Of a stretch of 64,000 nt of DNA, positions 60,344-64,000 are shown piece by piece. The DNA comes from Candidatus Saccharimonadia bacterium (GTDB lineage: Bacteria > Patescibacteriota > Saccharimonadia > UBA4664), in contig DATIIV010000020.1 in assembly GCA_035479295.1 (NCBI GenBank), forward strand, positions 10,027 through 74,026, written 5' to 3'. The notes below the pieces were generated by a model. It did not search any database. It saw nothing but the letters and a program-made list of their open reading frames with translations, and had not been told where the DNA came from. The first letter of the stretch is position 1. Each line of letters opens with the position of its first letter. The translations under genes and the position numbers were made by a program.

Positions 60344-60471
60344 AAGGCGCTCCCAACCGGGACGGGCTCGGCGGCGGGCTCGGCCGGAGCCGGCTCGACG
60401 GCCGGCGTGATCTCGGGGCTCTCCGGCGGCTCAAACTCAAGCACGCGGCGGATAGGACCAGTGTCGCCCAT
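60337..60471 (-). CDS. 44-aa Pro/Glu-rich peptide (below ORF-track cutoff)
   Basis: AAGGAG RBS; MGDTGPIRRVLEFEPPESPEITPAVEPAPAEPAAEPVPVGSALW; stop overlaps next ATG. Confidence 0.6.
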   Translation of the reverse strand: MGDTGPIRRVLEFEPPESPEITPAVEPAPAEPAAEPVPVGSALW

Positions 60472-60597
60472 CGGGTACTCCTTGGGTAAGCGAAGCAGTA
60501 CAAGGTGGAGAGTATTATGCCTACCTGAACGCTTTGTGTCAATTATTTATGGCTTAAACTGGAGAAATATCGCCTAATTCGCTATGATGGCAACGTT

Positions 60598-61983
60598 ATG
60601 AAACCACTTACCACTATTCAAACTATCAAAGCGACCGGCCAGACTGTAATTGTGCGCGGGTGGGTGCACACGGTGCGCGATATGGGCAAGATCACCTTTA
60701 TTGACCTGCGCGATCAGACCGGTTTGCTGCAGGTAGTAGTGCCGGGCGATTATGAATTGCCCAAGCTCGGCGTCGAATACGTGATCGAGGTAGAGGGCAA
60801 AGTCCGCGAGCGCGGTGAACGCTTCCGCAATCCCAAGCTGGCCACCGGTGAGGTGGAGCTGGGTGCCAGCCGCGTCACCGTGCTAAATGAGGCGGCCGAG
60901 CTGCCGTTTGAGGTCAAAAAAGACACGCGCGACATCAACGAGGAGCTGCGGCTGAAGCACCGCTACCTGGATCTGCGGAGCGAGCGGATGGCGGCTAATC
61001 TGCGATTGCGCTCGCGCATTACCAAGTTCATTCGCGACTATCTGCACGAGCAGGACTTTACCGAAGTGGAGACGCCACTGCTGACCAAAGGTACGCCCGA
61101 AGGTTCGCGCGAGTTCTTGGTACCGTCGCGGCTGCACGCCGAGGAGTTTTACGTCTTGCCGCAATCGCCGCAGCAGTTTAAGCAGCTGCTAATGGTGGGC
61201 GGCGTCGGCCGCTACTACCAAATTGCCCGCTGCCTGCGCGACGAGGACCAGCGCGGCGACCGCCAGCTCGAGTTCACCCAGGTGGACATGGAGCTCAGTT
61301 TTGTGGAGCAAGAAGACATTCTGGCCCTGAACGAAGCCCTGATGATTGCCTTGGTTAAGGAGTTATTCCCCGATAAGCACATCACCCAGACGCCGTTTCC
61401 CCGCCTTACGTACGCCGAGTCGATGGAGAAGTATGGCTCCGACAAGCCCGACTTGCGTCAGGATAAAGATGACCCTAACGAGCTCGCCTTCTGCTGGGTG
61501 ACCGATTTTCCGATGTTCGAGATTAATACCGAGAGCAGCAAGGTCGATGCGGTGCACCACCCGTTTACGGCGCCCAAGGCCGACGACACAGCATTGCTTG
61601 AGTCCAAGCCCATGGACGTGCGGGCCGATGCCTACGACATCGTGCTCAATGGCTACGAGGTGGGCGGCGGCTCTATTCGTATCCACGACGGCGCGCTGCA
61701 GCACCGAGTGTTTGAGCTGCTCGGCCTGGGCAAGCACGAGATCGAGGCTCGCTTTGGCCACATGCTAGAGGCTTTTCGCTACGGCGTGCCACCGCATGGC
61801 GGCATCGCCTACGGCCTCGACCGGCTAGTGATGATCCTGGCCAACGAGCCGAATATCCGCGAAGTGATCGCCTTCCCCAAGACGGGCGATGGCCGTGATC
61901 CGCTAACTGGCGCCCCGAACGTTCCGGCTGACTCGGCGCTGCATGAGGCCCATATTAAGACGGTGCCGCCCAAGAAGCGCTAG
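60598..61983 (+). CDS. aspS: aspartate--tRNA ligase, short form lacking the GAD insert
   Basis: FIDLRD, RYLDLR, LPQSPQQFKQLLM, EFTQVDME, HHPFT, PPHGGIAYGLDR. Confidence 0.96.
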   Translation: MKPLTTIQTIKATGQTVIVRGWVHTVRDMGKITFIDLRDQTGLLQVVVPGDYELPKLGVEYVIEVEGKVRERGERFRNPKLATGEVELGASRVTVLNEAAELPFEVKKDTRDINEELRLKHRYLDLRSERMAANLRLRSRITKFIRDYLHEQDFTEVETPLLTKGTPEGSREFLVPSRLHAEEFYVLPQSPQQFKQLLMVGGVGRYYQIARCLRDEDQRGDRQLEFTQVDMELSFVEQEDILALNEALMIALVKELFPDKHITQTPFPRLTYAESMEKYGSDKPDLRQDKDDPNELAFCWVTDFPMFEINTESSKVDAVHHPFTAPKADDTALLESKPMDVRADAYDIVLNGYEVGGGSIRIHDGALQHRVFELLGLGKHEIEARFGHMLEAFRYGVPPHGGIAYGLDRLVMILANEPNIREVIAFPKTGDGRDPLTGAPNVPADSALHEAHIKTVPPKKR

Positions 61984-62015
61984 CGGTGCCGAGTTAAGTT
62001 ACTCTGAGTTTTGCA

Positions 62016-62249
62016 CTATTTCGTGGCTTTATGAAGAATCGAAGAGGCCAAAGTTTGGTAGGGGATGCCCTCCTCAATGGCTTTTGCCCTTAAGCGGTAC
62101 AAGTCGCGTTCCGACAGGCGAATATTGATGTTCTTGGTTTTGTTGAGAGTATTTTTGGCATACTGCTGTAGAGCTTTTTTACGTTCGGCCACATCCGGCG
62201 CGCTCTGAAGCTGGCCGGCCTCAAAGTCGTCCAGGATCGTCTGCTCCTT
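62016..62249 (-). pseudogene. RHH/CopG-like antitoxin lacking a start codon
   Basis: KEQTILDDFEAG...KTKNINIRLSERDLYRLRAKAIEEGIPYQTLASSILHKATK*; no in-frame start. Confidence 0.65.
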
Positions 62250-62518
62250 GTATGTACTGTTTAGTTGCTTTTCGACTTGGAATAATGGTTTTTAAAAAGA
62301 CCTTGGCGTCGTCTTCGACGTAGGGGACTAAATAGGCGTAGCTGCGGCAGGCAATGACTAAAACTCGTTGACTCGGGTATCGATTCGCATTGGGGTGCGT
62401 AATGTCATTCAGGATGCCTCCTTCATCGATTGCTGTGAGGATGTCCTCGAAGCTAGTACTACGTTCCGTCTTTAGCTTGGAGTTTTTCGCCTCGTCCCAA
62501 TCGAAGTATTTAAAGCAT
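62221..62518 (-). pseudogene. BrnT-like toxin with out-of-frame start
   Basis: FKYFDWDEAKNSKLKTERSTSFEDI...HPN..RYPSQ...YAYLVPYVED...FLKTIIPSRKATKQY; nearest ATG is 1 nt out of frame. Confidence 0.65.
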
Positions 62519-62869
62519 AGGGCTTGCTCGTCATCATGAGACTCAAGAAGAGGCCATCGTGTATGTGCCGCTCTTTACGCGACCCGAGTGGAAAGGCACG
62601 CCACGTATGGCTTATCGAACAGTAGAAGATTTTAATAATACCTTTGAGTGGGCCGATGACCGAATGCCGTAAGAAGCGACCCTCCTGGCATAGGCATATC
62701 TTCCCAAAGTCTCACATAGAATATTCACTATATTCTATATAACAGCTCTAGCAGAAATATGACCGCTCTCAGCCAAAAGAAAAAGGGGTCGTGTGGTTGC
62801 AAGATAGCAACCACTCGACCCCGGCGGACGGGGAAAGAGAGGGCGGGCAGGGCGCCGCGAGCCTTGGGC

Positions 62870-63487
62870 TCAGCTCGTTGTGGCTGACGGCTCGTGGTCC
62901 AGGCGGACCAGCGCGGCACCGGCGGTCACGACGATGACGATACTAGCGACAGTGTAGCCGGCGGGTAACATCACGTTCAGGTTAAGCTGCATGACTAGGG
63001 TGACCAGGACTGCCTGGATGGCCTCGGCGACCGGGCCGCTGAACTCGGCGGCGGCCAGAGCGATCAGGGACGTTGCCGCGATGGTGGCGCCGACCTGCAA
63101 GGCACGGGCACTACTCAGGGCACTGATGATAAGCAGCTCGACGCGGTCGATCAGCTTGCTGGCGTAGCGCGACTTCAGGGTCGCCAGGGTGACTACGAAG
63201 GTCACGCCGGCGGATCCCGCTACTTCCAGCCCGAACGGCAGGCCGGTCGACAGGTACTCGACGCCGTAGCCCTGGGCTAACAGCACCAGGGCGGGACTAA
63301 CCGCACCGGCCAGGCTCACCGTGAAAGCGCCTAAGCGCCCATACATGGCCAGCACGACCACCCGTCGCCCGCAAAGTTCAGGGGCGACGATGGTGACCAG
63401 CAGCGCCAGCGTGAGCGTGGCGACCAGGACGGTGGGCAGACAGATCATCGGCAGCACAGTTCTCTCTTTTCTCAAGTCTCTGGGCAA
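62870..63487 (-). CDS. hypothetical membrane protein (~6 TM)
   Basis: Hydrophobic, high GC3, hairpin at 62786-62823 downstream. Confidence 0.6.
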   Translation of the reverse strand: MPRDLRKERTVLPMICLPTVLVATLTLALLVTIVAPELCGRRVVVLAMYGRLGAFTVSLAGAVSPALVLLAQGYGVEYLSTGLPFGLEVAGSAGVTFVVTLATLKSRYASKLIDRVELLIISALSSARALQVGATIAATSLIALAAAEFSGPVAEAIQAVLVTLVMQLNLNVMLPAGYTVASIVIVVTAGAALVRLDHEPSATTS

Positions 63488-63680
63488 GCGCAGGGCGGGC
63501 TTACCTCATATATACGATAGCATATTTTAGATAAAAACACAATAGATGCGACTGTCGCTGAGCCTCAATCGCGAAAAGTTATTTAGGGCGTGACAAGTTG
63601 CATCGTTTGTGTTACAGTTAATAAAATAATTTGCGCTGCCGGTGGACCTATGAGCCGGGGCGTTTTAATGTGGAATTCCT

Positions 63681-64000
63681 ATGCCCGAGACACTCACATC
63701 GACCGATCGTATCCGCAACGTCGCCATTATTGCTCACGTTGACCATGGCAAGACTACCCTAGTGGACGGCCTGCTCAAGCAGTCCAAGACCTTCCGCGAG
63801 AACCAGGCCGAGATGCAGCAGACCGCCATTCTCGACACTGGTGACCTGGAGCGCGAGCGTGGCATTACCATTAGCGCCAAGACGATTGCTGTTAACCATG
63901 ACGGCTACAAGATCAACATTATCGACACGCCGGGCCACGCCGACTTCTCGGGCGAGGTGGAGCGAACGCTCAATATGGCCGATGGCTGCCTGCTGATCGT
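63681..64000 (+). CDS. typA: translational GTPase TypA/BipA (3'-truncated by window edge)
   Basis: [47 protein letters not shown]. Confidence 0.93.
   Translation, partial: MPETLTSTDRIRNVAIIAHVDHGKTTLVDGLLKQSKTFRENQAEMQQTAILDTGDLERERGITISAKTIAVNHDGYKINIIDTPGHADFSGEVERTLNMADGCLLI

Overview
Chromosomal window from a GC-rich bacterium, most likely Patescibacteria/CPR (Saccharibacteria-like). Basis: the spc operon runs rpsE->rplO with no rpmD (L30), secY->infA with no adk/map, and AspRS is short and lacks the GAD insert. Bases 4-27 kb hold the translation core: stand-alone fusA, tuf and rpsJ, then rplC through rpsI. Bases 27-64 kb mix housekeeping genes (rluD-like, holB, rpmG, corA, trxB, aspS, 5' end of typA), four tRNAs and many accessory genes. 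The accessory genes include a GT2/GH16/UDP-glucose-dehydrogenase cluster tied to a two-component cascade, nucleotide-salvage genes after tRNA-Trp, a phage-like metallophosphoesterase and several pseudogenes. The best candidates for new biology are: (i) a ~455-nt densely base-paired non-coding transcript with its own promoter between fusA and tuf; (ii) a promoter/terminator-bounded tandem array of four tiny Gly/Asn/acidic peptide ORFs at 29.1-29.6 kb; (iii) an EF-G with a non-canonical NKIN G4 motif. No CRISPR array, rRNA, integrase or transposase was recognised. All calls come from reading motifs by eye; no database searches were run.
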